From the NCBI GenBank assembly GCA_947478395.1, contig CANJVR010000001.1:160001-224000 (forward strand): 64,000 nt of DNA, in the 5' to 3' direction. Below are positions 1 through 11,042 of this stretch, one piece after another. Source of the stretch: Opitutia bacterium. Lineage in GTDB: Bacteria > Verrucomicrobiota > Verrucomicrobiia > Opitutales > Opitutaceae. Within the stretch, counting starts at the first letter, position 1; every line of letters begins with the position of its first letter. The notes under the pieces were generated by a model that worked only from the letters and a program-made list of their open reading frames with translations, did no database searches and was not told the origin of the DNA. The position numbers and the translations under genes were made by a program.

Positions 1-36
1 TGCCCTGCGCGCAGCCCACGTCTGGACCGTAAACCC

Positions 37-1029
37 TCACCACACCAGCAGGCCGCCCGCAAACGTGAGTCCGGCGCCGACGCTGCAAAAAATGATTTTG
101 TCGCCATCGGAGAAAATGCCTTCTTCCGCTGCCCAGCCCAAGGCCATGGAGACACTGGCCGCGCTCGTGTTACCGTATTTGGAAATCGTCACGACGAATT
201 TATCGTAGGGAATGCCCACGCGTTTGCTGACTGCCTTGAGAATGCGCTCGTTCGCCTGATGCGGCACGACCCATGCGATGTCGTTGGCCTTGATCTGCTC
301 CCGCGCGAGCGTCTGCTCGATTTGCTCGGCAAAACCAAGCACCGCGTGCTTGAACACGGAGGTGCCATTCATCTGGAGATAAAAATGCTCGATCTCGCCG
401 CCCACCGCCGCTCCGGGCCAGGGCATGCGCGCGCCGCCACCGGTGCGCTGAATCGATTCAAATTGAGCGGCATCTCCCCCGAGGCCCATCCGGTGCAACC
501 GATGCCCACCCGCGCCCGCCGTCAAAATTGCCGCGCCCGCCCCATCGCCAAATAAGAACGCCGTCTCGTGGTCCTGCGGATTGGTGATGCGCGACAACAG
601 CTCGGCGGTAACCACGATCAGGTTCTTCGCCGTGCCCGCCATGATGAAAGCCCGACCGACTTCCAACGCGTACAGCCAGCCAGAGCAGGCCGCGTTCAAA
701 TCGAACGCCAGTACGCGCGGAATCCCGAGACGTCGCGCAAGGTCGCTCGCCATCGCCGGCACCGGCTGATCGGGGATCAGCGTCGCCATGATGATGCCAT
801 CGATCTGGCTCGCCGCCATGCCGGCCTGCGCGAGCGCATGCTGCACGGCGGTAACGGCGAGGTCCGTCGCGCTCTCGTCGTCCGCCGCATAGCGGCGCTC
901 CCGAATTCCAGTCAGCCGAACAATTTCCTCCTCCGTCCGATGGGGAAACGCTTTCAAGATTTCGCTGTTGGCGCGGATGGTGGCGGGAGCCGCGTGGCCC
1001 ACGCCGGCGATGCAAACGGTGTCAGACAT
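37..1029 (-). CDS. fabH: 3-oxoacyl-ACP synthase III (FabH/KAS III)
   Basis: TGIRERR, DLNAACSG (catalytic Cys), LFGDGAGA, PHQAN (His), YGNTSAAS (Asn), GAGLT; start at MSDTVCIAG. Confidence 0.93.
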   Translation of the reverse strand: MSDTVCIAGVGHAAPATIRANSEILKAFPHRTEEEIVRLTGIRERRYAADDESATDLAVTAVQHALAQAGMAASQIDGIIMATLIPDQPVPAMASDLARRLGIPRVLAFDLNAACSGWLYALEVGRAFIMAGTAKNLIVVTAELLSRITNPQDHETAFLFGDGAGAAILTAGAGGHRLHRMGLGGDAAQFESIQRTGGGARMPWPGAAVGGEIEHFYLQMNGTSVFKHAVLGFAEQIEQTLAREQIKANDIAWVVPHQANERILKAVSKRVGIPYDKFVVTISKYGNTSAASVSMALGWAAEEGIFSDGDKIIFCSVGAGLTFAGGLLVW

Positions 1030-1060
1030 GTTCGAGCGGGAAATTACTAAGAGACGAAAT

Positions 1061-1531
1061 TCAGCTTTTACGCGAAGCGACGTAGCTCGCGACATCGTCG
1101 CCCGAGACCCGGCCACCCGGCCCCGTGGCCGCGATATCCGTTATTTTTACCGGATCGAGCCCGGCTTCCTGCGCGAGTTTTGTCGCCCGCGGCGTCCACA
1201 CCAGCGCGGCCGCCGGTTTCGCCGCCGCATTCGCGGCCGGCAATTTCGAAGGATCCTTCACTTGCAAGTGGCGCAGGCTTTCGTCCTGGGTCTCCAATCG
1301 CAAAAAAAGCGACCCCGGCAGCAGGACTTCTCCGGGCTTTGCGGGCAAAGCGATCACGGTACCGTCCGCCGGCGCTTCATATTCGAAGATCGACTTGTCG
1401 CTCTCGAGCTCCGCCACCTTCTGGCCCTTGGCGACGCGTTCGCCGGGTTTGATTTTGAGGCTGACGACGGTGAGTTCGCTCACGGTCGCACCCATGGAGG
1501 GCACGGGCACGTCGATGAGAAAATTTTCCAT
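1061..1531 (-). CDS. Lipoyl domain plus E3-binding (PSBD) protein without an acyltransferase domain
   Basis: VPSMG...ELESDKS lipoylation motif, Ala/Pro linker, then TPRATKLAQEAGLDP...ATGPGGRVSGDDV PSBD and stop. Confidence 0.85.
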   Translation of the reverse strand: MENFLIDVPVPSMGATVSELTVVSLKIKPGERVAKGQKVAELESDKSIFEYEAPADGTVIALPAKPGEVLLPGSLFLRLETQDESLRHLQVKDPSKLPAANAAAKPAAALVWTPRATKLAQEAGLDPVKITDIAATGPGGRVSGDDVASYVASRKS

Positions 1532-1594
1532 CAGTGGGTTTGGATTTCCGACCAGTGTGCGGCGGGGTTCCGCGTGGTCAATGGCGGGAATCTC

Positions 1595-2389
1595 TCAAGC
1601 CCGCACCGTCTTCCACACCGCCACGCATTGCGCGAGGAGCGCGGCGAGTTCGCCGAGGGGAATCATATTCGGCCCATCGCTGAGCGCGTGGGCCGGATCG
1701 GGATGCGTCTCAATAAAAAGTCCGTCGGCTCCCGCCGCTAGCGCCGCTTTGGCCAGCGGTGGCACAAACTCGCGCTGACCGCTGCTCTTGCCACCGCCGG
1801 CGCCGGGCAACTGGACCGCGTGGGTGGCATCGAACACGGTGGGATATCCGTTTTGCTTCATGATCGCGAACGACCGCATATCGACCACGAGGTTTTGATA
1901 GCCAAAGGTCGTGCCGCGCTCGGTCTGCCAGATTTCCCGGGCCTGACCTTCGCGCAATTTGCCCGTGACATGCACCATTTCCTGCGGGGAAAGAAACTGG
2001 CCCTTCTTCACGTTGACGACGCGGCCGGTCGCCGCCGCGGCCAGCAACAAATCAGTTTGTCGGCAGAGAAAGGCCGGGATCTGCAACACATCGCACACCG
2101 CCGCGACGGCCGGAACCTGACTCGTCTCATGAATATCCGTCAGCACGGGAAACCCGTAGTCGCGTTTGATCAGCGCGAGCAATTTCAAGCCCTCCTCCAT
2201 GCCCGTGCCGCGGGCCCCGCCGAGCGAGGTGCGGTTGGCTTTGTCGAACGAGCCCTTGAAAATCAACGTCAGCTCCGGCTGCGCGCGCGCGATGGCGGTG
2301 AGTTTCTCGGCGACCGCCCGGCAGACCGTCTCGTTTTCCAACGAACACGGTCCGGCAATGACGAGGAGTTTTTTGGGATCGAAGAGCAC
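1595..2389 (-). CDS. kdsA: KDO8P synthase
   Basis: [39 protein letters not shown] motifs; GTG start. Confidence 0.96.
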   Translation of the reverse strand: MLFDPKKLLVIAGPCSLENETVCRAVAEKLTAIARAQPELTLIFKGSFDKANRTSLGGARGTGMEEGLKLLALIKRDYGFPVLTDIHETSQVPAVAAVCDVLQIPAFLCRQTDLLLAAAATGRVVNVKKGQFLSPQEMVHVTGKLREGQAREIWQTERGTTFGYQNLVVDMRSFAIMKQNGYPTVFDATHAVQLPGAGGGKSSGQREFVPPLAKAALAAGADGLFIETHPDPAHALSDGPNMIPLGELAALLAQCVAVWKTVRA

Positions 2390-2508
2390 GGATCAATTAG
2401 GCGTTTTCAGACGTAAATCGACACTTGGAGAGCGCGGCGGCCGCGACCGTTTTATGACCATGCGGCCGGGGGCGGCCGCGCTCCCATGGAGGTGTCATCA
2501 GGACGCGA

Positions 2509-4215
<1,707 letters not shown>

Positions 4216-4425
4216 TCACGATCGCAACAATAGCGCCGCAGCCATCACGGCGCCGCCCACCAACAACGCGATCAGGGTGATCCATAGCGCCCATTTCAGG
4301 AGTTTCACCAGCATCCAAATCAGGCCGGCGGCGACGACCGTCACGCACGCCACGACGAACCAGGGAGGGTAGTCGGCCAGCGCATCAAAGAAAGTCGGCG
4401 GAACTTTGGGCAGCGGCGACAGCAT
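4216..4425 (-). CDS. Small membrane protein (2 TM), hypothetical
   Basis: 69 aa with two hydrophobic segments; ATG start; co-oriented upstream of pyrG. Confidence 0.65.
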   Translation of the reverse strand: MLSPLPKVPPTFFDALADYPPWFVVACVTVVAAGLIWMLVKLLKWALWITLIALLVGGAVMAAALLLRS

Positions 4426-4508
4426 CGATCGTTAACTCATCGGCGAAACCAACCTTCGCCAGCAAAATGATTTGCACCGCGCTGGGCGCGCCACCCAACC
4501 TCCGCCGC

Positions 4509-4892
4509 ATGAATTCCAAGCCCCAGCTCCTCTGCTGGCTCACCTGCGATGGGGTCCACCTCGATCCCGGCTCGGGCAAACACACGATCCTCGGCGTATT
4601 TTCGAACATCAAGGCCCAGCAGTTCCCGGTGACCCATCCGTTCATGGTGTGGTTCATGACGCTCACCGATTGCGCGATCGGGCCGCACCGGATGAAAATC
4701 TCGATGGGCCTCGATCCGACCCACCTGCAGGAACTCATCGCCCGCCCCTTCGAGGCGCAAAGTCCGCTGCAACGGATCAATCTCATCAACGAAATCCGCA
4801 ACCTCACGTTCCCGCAACCCGGCGACTACTCACTCCTCATCGAAATCGACGACGAGCCGATCCTCGCGACCAACCTGACCGTTTCAGCGTAG
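4509..4892 (+). CDS. Conserved hypothetical protein (DUF6941-like)
   Basis: LTCDGVHLDPGSGKHTILGVF...FPQPGDYSLLIEID pattern; coding-like codon use. Confidence 0.7.
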   Translation: MNSKPQLLCWLTCDGVHLDPGSGKHTILGVFSNIKAQQFPVTHPFMVWFMTLTDCAIGPHRMKISMGLDPTHLQELIARPFEAQSPLQRINLINEIRNLTFPQPGDYSLLIEIDDEPILATNLTVSA

Positions 4893-5022
4893 AAAAGTGA
4901 GCATCCAAACGGGGATCCATACCGTTTCTATTTCCTCCCCGCCCCCTGCCCTTTAAATTTTCGAGCGCTGCCCAATTTCCCAATTTTCCGACGTTTCCGC
5001 CGTTTCCAATTTACGCTTAAAC

Positions 5023-6048
5023 ATGCCCTCTTCCGTTTCGCCCCTTCCCTACGACCTGATCGGTGCCGGTAATCCCATCATGGATCTGCTCGCCCGCGTG
5101 CCCGAGGATTTCCTGACCCATCACGTGCGCGGAGCCAAGGGAGGCATGGAACTGGTCGATGCGGATGAAATGCACCGGTTGGTTTCGCAACTCCACGCCA
5201 GCCCATTGCGCGCGCCCGGCGGCTCCGCAGCCAATACCACGATCTCCGCCGCCCGCCTTGGTCTGCGCACGCGTTACCTCGGCAAAATTGGCAACGACGA
5301 GACCGCGGATACTTATTTCAAAAACTTTCTCGATCACGGCGTCGACGGGGCCTCGTTCAAACGGGCTCCGCTGCCCAACGCACGGTGTCTTTCTCTCATC
5401 ACGCCCGACAGCCAGCGCACGCTCCGCACCTGTCTCGGTGCCGCGATGACGCTCTCGCCGGACGAAATCGCCGTTGAAGATTTCGCCACCAGTCGCCACG
5501 CGCACATCGAGGGCTACCTCATGTTCAACCCTGCGTTGGCCACCGCCGTCGTGAACGCGGCCCGCGCCGCCGGTTGCACCATCAGCATTGACCTCTCCTC
5601 CTTCGAAGTCGTCAACGTCGCCCGCGACTGGCTACTCGCTCAGATCAAGCAGGGCATCACGATCATCTTCGCCAACGAGGACGAAATCCGCGCCCTCTAC
5701 CAAACCACTTCCTCGAACTACGAAGAACTCGCCCGCCGTCTTTCTGCCGAGGGTTCGGGCTCCATCGCCGCCGTGAAAATGGGCAAAGAGGGCGCCTGGA
5801 TCGCCCGCGGCCAAGAACTTCATCGCATCCTGCCGATCACCGTCGACCAATCGATCGACACCACCGGCGCCGGTGACGCCTGGGCTGCCGGTTTTCTTTT
5901 CGGCTATCTGCGCGGTTGGACGCTCCCCGCCGCGGGCGCGCTCGGCTCAATTTTGGGCGCGGAATGCGTGCAGCACATCGGCCCCGCGATTCCTGAAACG
6001 CACTGGCCCGAAATCAAAAAACGCGCGGTCATGCTGGCCGCGCGGTGA
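5023..6048 (+). CDS. PfkB-family carbohydrate/adenosine kinase
   Basis: GNPIMD, PGGSAANT, FANEDE, DTTGAGDAW. Confidence 0.9.
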   Translation: MPSSVSPLPYDLIGAGNPIMDLLARVPEDFLTHHVRGAKGGMELVDADEMHRLVSQLHASPLRAPGGSAANTTISAARLGLRTRYLGKIGNDETADTYFKNFLDHGVDGASFKRAPLPNARCLSLITPDSQRTLRTCLGAAMTLSPDEIAVEDFATSRHAHIEGYLMFNPALATAVVNAARAAGCTISIDLSSFEVVNVARDWLLAQIKQGITIIFANEDEIRALYQTTSSNYEELARRLSAEGSGSIAAVKMGKEGAWIARGQELHRILPITVDQSIDTTGAGDAWAAGFLFGYLRGWTLPAAGALGSILGAECVQHIGPAIPETHWPEIKKRAVMLAAR

Positions 6049-6479
6049 GGGCCAACCGCTTAACCGGAAACCCCGGAGGAGTTGGCCCCAAAGTGGCCTA
6101 AAAACGCTTCCTCCGTCCCCATCGTCAACGCGCCGATAGGCGCGAACGAGACTGAGCCGGAGCCCGCGAAATTCTCGGGTCTCTTTGCACCGAGATTCCG
6201 ATGCCTTTCTTTCCTCCGCCGACGCCTGGCGCTGGATAGATTCAGGACTCGGGCGGAGACGACGCCATCGGCATGGAAGACGCGCGGTCGGCCGCGATGA
6301 TCAAGCGAGTACTTAGGCCATCCGTTCGCGGAGGTTCAGACGCGGGCACGCGATTGCCATCCGGCGTTTCAATCGCGGGAAAAAAATTCGATCAAAGCAC
6401 CGCGGTGATCTTGCTCGGAGCGCAACGGAAGACGCCAAAAAGCGGGCGTAACTTGGGCGCCTATTCCGTAGTTTAAAAT

Positions 6480-6509
6480 TTTCCGTGTCTTCCGTGTGTT
6501 CCGTGGCAA
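6480..6509. repeat. Solo 3x10-nt repeat arm (ttccgtgtgt type) just before proA
   Basis: tttccgtgtcttccgtgtgttccgtggcaa, near-identical to the arm at 39649-39679. Confidence 0.8.
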
Positions 6510-6521
6510 CCATCTCCTCTG

Positions 6522-7796
6522 ATGTCCGCCGATCTCGTCACTCTGGTCACGTCCCTGGCCCAACGCGCCCGCGCCGCGTCGCTCGTGCTCGCGACGGCCC
6601 CTACGGCTAAAAAAGACGACGCGCTCCGCCAGCTCGCTGATTTGATCGATGGCTCTCACGCCGCGCTGCTGGCGGCGAACTTGCAAGACCTCGCCAGCCC
6701 CGAAGCCGCCGCGATCACGGCCGCCGCGCGCGATCGTCTCACGCTCAACTCCGCCCGCCTGGACCATCTCGCGCAGTCCGTGCGCGAAGTTGCCGCCCTG
6801 CCCGATCCGGTCGGCGATCTGCTCGAGGCAACCACTCGGCCCAACGGCCTTCACATCCGCAAGGTCCGCGTGCCCATCGGCGTGATCGGCATCATTTACG
6901 AGGCCCGCCCCAACGTGACGATCGACTGCGCCATCCTCTGCCTGAAGAGCGGCAACGCCTGCATTCTTCGCGGCGGCAAGGAATGCTTCCACACCAACAC
7001 GGCCCTCGCCGATTTGATCGCGCGCGCCCTCGCTCGAGCCGGCTTGCCCGCCGATGCCGTGCAACTCGTGCCGACGACCGATCGCGCCGCGCTCACCACG
7101 CTGTTAAAACTGGATACGTTGATTCACTGCATCATTCCACGCGGCGGCGAAAGCCTCATCCGCTTTGTCGCTGAAAACGCTACGATCCCCGTGATCAAAC
7201 ATTTTCAGGGCGTGTGCTTCGTCTACGTGGACGCCGCCGCCGATCTCGCCATGGCCGAGGCCATCACGGTCAACGCGAAAGCCTCCCGGCCCAGCGCGTG
7301 CAATGCCGCTGAGCAACTCCTCGTGCACCGCCACGTCGCGGCGCAATTTTTGCCGTCGGTCGCCCGCGCGCTGCTCGCGAAAAAAGTCCAGCTCCGTTGC
7401 GACGCCGCCAGCGCCGCCATCCTGGCGGCCGCAGGGCTCGATCACCGCCCTGCGACACCGGCGGATTACACCACGGAGTTCCTCGACTACGTGATCGCGA
7501 TTCGCGTCGTCGATTCGCTCGATGCCGCCATCGCGACGATCAACCGCGACAGTTCCAATCACAGTGAAGCGATTGTCACGGCCGACGAAGCCGCCGCCCG
7601 TCGTTTTCTAGCCGAGATCGATAGCGCGACCGTTTATTGGAATGCCAGCACGCGTTTCACCGATGGCTTCGAATTTGGCTACGGCGCCGAGATCGGCATC
7701 AGCACCGACCGCCTCCACGCCCGCGGCCCGATGGGGCTGCGCGAACTGTGCAGTTACAAATTTCTGATCGAAGGCACGGGCCAAATCCGGGCGTGA
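6522..7796 (+). CDS. proA: Gamma-glutamyl phosphate reductase
   Basis: RVPIGVIGIIYEARPNVT, LRGGKE, RPSACNA, NASTRFTDG, GAEIGIST..LHARGPMGL. Confidence 0.97.
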   Translation: MSADLVTLVTSLAQRARAASLVLATAPTAKKDDALRQLADLIDGSHAALLAANLQDLASPEAAAITAAARDRLTLNSARLDHLAQSVREVAALPDPVGDLLEATTRPNGLHIRKVRVPIGVIGIIYEARPNVTIDCAILCLKSGNACILRGGKECFHTNTALADLIARALARAGLPADAVQLVPTTDRAALTTLLKLDTLIHCIIPRGGESLIRFVAENATIPVIKHFQGVCFVYVDAAADLAMAEAITVNAKASRPSACNAAEQLLVHRHVAAQFLPSVARALLAKKVQLRCDAASAAILAAAGLDHRPATPADYTTEFLDYVIAIRVVDSLDAAIATINRDSSNHSEAIVTADEAAARRFLAEIDSATVYWNASTRFTDGFEFGYGAEIGISTDRLHARGPMGLRELCSYKFLIEGTGQIRA

Positions 7797-7804
7797 TTTC
7801 GGAT

Positions 7805-7901
7805 TAAGCGCAAAGACGCGAAGGTCGGCCAAGTTCGCAAAGATTACCTTCTCCGGACTGACTTTGCGTTTTCTTTGCCAACCTTCGCGGCTTTGCGCTT
7901 A
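7805..7901. repeat. Intergenic inverted repeat of cgcaaag/cgcgaag units (empty cassette-like hairpin)
   Basis: taagcgcaaagacgcgaagg (7805-7824) pairs 19/20 with ccttcgcggctttgcgctta (7882-7901). Confidence 0.8.
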
Positions 7902-7911
7902 GTCCGAATCC

Positions 7912-8409
7912 ATGAACCGGCGCTGGCTTCTCTCTCACGCTCGAGGCTACCTCGAACTGGGCTTGGTCGACGAAGCCGCGGCCGAACTCGCGTTGCTCCC
8001 CGCCGGGCAATCCGACGACACGGAGGTACTGGGAATTCAGGCTTTGATTCTCCGCGAGCAATCCCGCTGGATCGAACTGCGCGCGACCGCCGCGGAGTTG
8101 ACCCGCCGGCAGCCCGAACTCGCCGACTGGTGGATCACGTTAGCTTACGCCACCCGCCGGGCCGTTTCGCTCCTCGAGGCGGAGGCCATCCTGCGCGAGG
8201 CCGAACTCCAGCACCCCAAAGAGCCCACCATCCAGTTTAATCTCGGATGCTACGCATGCCAGCGGGGCGATCTCGCGGAAGCGCGGCGGCGGGTCGATGC
8301 AGCGATCGCCCTCGACGCTCACTGCCTGGCGGCGGCGGCGACCGATCCCGATCTCGCCGCCTTGCGCACGAAGGCGAAAAACACACCGGACTGTCCTTCG
8401 ACGCCTTAA
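7912..8409 (+). CDS. TPR-repeat protein
   Basis: ARGYLELG, FNLGCYACQRGDLAEA, DPDL terminal TPR pattern. Confidence 0.8.
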   Translation: MNRRWLLSHARGYLELGLVDEAAAELALLPAGQSDDTEVLGIQALILREQSRWIELRATAAELTRRQPELADWWITLAYATRRAVSLLEAEAILREAELQHPKEPTIQFNLGCYACQRGDLAEARRRVDAAIALDAHCLAAAATDPDLAALRTKAKNTPDCPSTP

Positions 8410-8454
8410 ATTGCTGGGCTTTCGGGCCGCCCGCCTCCTGATTCTTTACGCTGC

Positions 8455-9954
8455 ATGTCCCCCCCTCCGCTGCTCGCCCTTCGTGGCATCATCAAGTCGT
8501 ACGGTGGCGTGCGCGCGCTCCGTGGGGTGGATTTCGATTTGAAGGCCGGCGAAGTGCACGCGCTGCTTGGGGAAAACGGTGCGGGTAAAAGCACGCTGAT
8601 TAAAATCATCACCGGTGCCCACCAGCCCAACGGCGGCACGCTCACCTTGGCCGGCCAGACCCTCACCGGTCTCACCCCATCGACTTCCCGGCAGCTGGGC
8701 ATCGCCTGCATTTATCAGCAGCCGGCCCTGTTTCCCGACCTGACTGTCGCGGAAAACCTCGCCCTTCGCCTTGAACCTGCGTCCGCCGGCCGCGTGGTGA
8801 AATGGACCCACCGCCGCGCGCGCGCCAGCGAGCTGTTGTCCCGCATCGGCGCCCAAATCGATCCCGAAGCGGAGGTCCGGTCGCTCTCGATGCCCGAACA
8901 GCAGCTGGTGGAAATCGCCTGCGCGCTCGGCTCTGGTGCGCGGATCGTCATCATGGACGAGCCGACTGCTTCGCTGACTCAAAAAGAGCAGCACCTGCTC
9001 TTCGCCGTCGTGCGCGAGCTCCGCAAGAACGGCGTCGGTGTCATCTACATTTCCCACCGACTTGAGGAAATCTTCGCTCTCGCCGACCGCGTCACGGTGC
9101 TGCGCGACGGCGAAAGCGTCGGCACGCAGCCCGTCGGCGCCATCGATGAAGCCGGCCTCATCCGCCTCATGGTCGGCCGCGAAGTGGCGCAAATTTATCC
9201 CGCGAGTGAAGCGGCCGCCGGCGAGGTCGTGCTTTCGCTGCGCGATTTGGGCTGCACCGCGTCGGGCGTACACGGCGTGACATTCGACGTCCGGGCCGGC
9301 GAAATTTTCGGCTTGGCCGGACTCGTCGGCGCCGGCCGGACCGAACTGGCGCGTGTGTTGTTCGGCCTGACGCCCGCGGACCGCGGCGAAATCCTGCTCA
9401 ACGGTGAGCGCATCGTCCCGCATTCGCCCCAAGACGCCGTCGCCCGCGGCATCGGTTACGTGCCGGAGGATCGCCGGCGCCATGGCGTCGTGCTGGAGCT
9501 TCCGATCGCGCATAACATGACGATGGCAATTCACCGGCGGATTTTCCCTGCGACGTGGCTGCGCTTCTCTGCTGAGGCGGGACTCGCGCGCGATTTCATC
9601 CGCGACCTCGCCGTGAAATGTTTCGGGCCGGAAGCGCCGGGCGGCAGCCTCTCCGGTGGCAACCAACAAAAAGTTTCCCTCGCCCGGTGGCTCGCGACGA
9701 AACCGCGCCTGCTCATCCTCGACGAACCGACCCAGGGCGTAGACGTCGGCGCGAAAAGCGAAATCCACAAAATCGTCCGCCGCCTCGCCAAGGAAGGTCT
9801 CGCCGTGATTTTGATTTCAAGCGATCTGCCCGAGGTCATCGGCATGAGCGATCGCATCGGGGTGATGGGCGGCGGCACGCTCCGCGCGATCATGCCGGGT
9901 CAATCCGCTCCGCATGCAGTCATGGCGGCGGCGCTCGGGACGGCAGCAGCATGA
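8455..9954 (+). CDS. Sugar ABC transporter ATP-binding protein (CUT2, rhamnose-type)
   Basis: GENGAGKST, DEPT, LSGGNQQKV, DEPTQGVDVGAK; two-domain ATPase. Confidence 0.93.
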   Translation: MSPPPLLALRGIIKSYGGVRALRGVDFDLKAGEVHALLGENGAGKSTLIKIITGAHQPNGGTLTLAGQTLTGLTPSTSRQLGIACIYQQPALFPDLTVAENLALRLEPASAGRVVKWTHRRARASELLSRIGAQIDPEAEVRSLSMPEQQLVEIACALGSGARIVIMDEPTASLTQKEQHLLFAVVRELRKNGVGVIYISHRLEEIFALADRVTVLRDGESVGTQPVGAIDEAGLIRLMVGREVAQIYPASEAAAGEVVLSLRDLGCTASGVHGVTFDVRAGEIFGLAGLVGAGRTELARVLFGLTPADRGEILLNGERIVPHSPQDAVARGIGYVPEDRRRHGVVLELPIAHNMTMAIHRRIFPATWLRFSAEAGLARDFIRDLAVKCFGPEAPGGSLSGGNQQKVSLARWLATKPRLLILDEPTQGVDVGAKSEIHKIVRRLAKEGLAVILISSDLPEVIGMSDRIGVMGGGTLRAIMPGQSAPHAVMAAALGTAAA

Positions 9955-9955
9955 A

Positions 9956-10084
9956 AAATTTCAAACGCCAAAACCCAGTGACCAAAGAAATCCCAAGCTC
10001 CAGGCTCGGGCGCCGTGCCGCGTGCCCGATTGGGTTTTTATCTTTGATTTCTTTTTGGCGTTTGGAATCTGGCGTTTGGCATTT
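9956..10084. repeat. Intergenic inverted array of ~7-nt units (caaacgc/ttggcgt)
   Basis: aaatttcaaacgcca (9956-9970) pairs 13/15 with tggcgtttggcattt (10070-10084). Confidence 0.65.
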
Positions 10085-10105
10085 CCAGACCGAAGGGCGG
10101 GCGGC

Positions 10106-11038
10106 ATGAATCGTTATTTTCGTGAAATCTCAGTCGCCACCGCGCTGGGGATCATCCTGGTGGCGCTCGCGATTTTCGCCCCGGCATTTTACCAGCCGCA
10201 GCCGCTGCTCACCCTGATCACCAGCCAGGTCGCGCCCACCTTGGTCGTCGCCTGCGGCATGGCGCTGGTGATCATCACGCGCCAAATCGACATTTCCGTC
10301 GGCTCAACCTTCGCCATTTGCGGAGTCTGCGGCGGCCTGATGCTGAGTCACGGTTACCCGATCGCCCTCGCGCTGCCCGCTTCGATTTTACTGGGGGCCG
10401 TGATGGGCGCGTTCAACGGCGGCCTCGTCGCTGGTTTGGGGCTGCCCTCGATCGTCGTGACGCTCGCCACAATGGTCACGTGGCGCGAGGCGCTGCGCTG
10501 GTTGCGCGAAGGCGTCTACGTCATCATTGGTTCGGGCGGGCAGTGGTTCGGCCTGAGTCAAAGCGCCGGGCAATGGACCATCATCAGTATCGCGCTCGCG
10601 CTCATGCTACTGCTCGCGCTGGCGATGCGGCATCTCGCCGCGGGCCGATTTGTCTACGCCGTCGGCACCGATGCCGAAGCCGCGCGGCTCGCCGGCATCC
10701 GTCCCCGCTTCGTTACATTTCTCACGTTCGTCTTCATTGGCGCGCTCACGGGCCTGGCGGCGATGATGTCGGCCGTGCAGTCGCCCCAAGTCGATCCGAC
10801 GGCTGGAGCCGGACTCGAGCTGCGGACGATCGCCGCCGTTGTGGTCGGCGGGGTTTCGATCTCCGGCGGACGGGGTAATCTTTGGGGTGTACTCGTCGGA
10901 CTATTGTTGCTCTCAAGCATCAATCCCGCGCTGACGTACCTCGGCGTCTCCGCCTTCTGGGAAAAAGCGATCCAAGGCGCGATCATCCTGCTCGCGGTCG
11001 TGGCCGATGGAGTAAGAAACCGGAAGGGAAACCGCTGA
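10106..11038 (+). CDS. Sugar ABC transporter permease
   Basis: IDISVGS, LPSIVVTLAT, AARLAGI, IAAVVVGGVSISGGRG. Confidence 0.92.
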   Translation: MNRYFREISVATALGIILVALAIFAPAFYQPQPLLTLITSQVAPTLVVACGMALVIITRQIDISVGSTFAICGVCGGLMLSHGYPIALALPASILLGAVMGAFNGGLVAGLGLPSIVVTLATMVTWREALRWLREGVYVIIGSGGQWFGLSQSAGQWTIISIALALMLLLALAMRHLAAGRFVYAVGTDAEAARLAGIRPRFVTFLTFVFIGALTGLAAMMSAVQSPQVDPTAGAGLELRTIAAVVVGGVSISGGRGNLWGVLVGLLLLSSINPALTYLGVSAFWEKAIQGAIILLAVVADGVRNRKGNR

Positions 11039-11042
11039 GAGG

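Noticed and set aside
4971..5012. cccaatttcccaattttccgacgtttccgccgtttcc run before the PfkB kinase
   Set aside because: Possibly another decayed periodic arm, but too degenerate and without a clear partner arm.
9914..10105. N-terminal extensions given by the ORF track for several genes (permease, rho, GH105, slyD, gamma-CA)
   Set aside because: They overlap neighbouring genes or repeats; downstream ATGs fit the family starts better.
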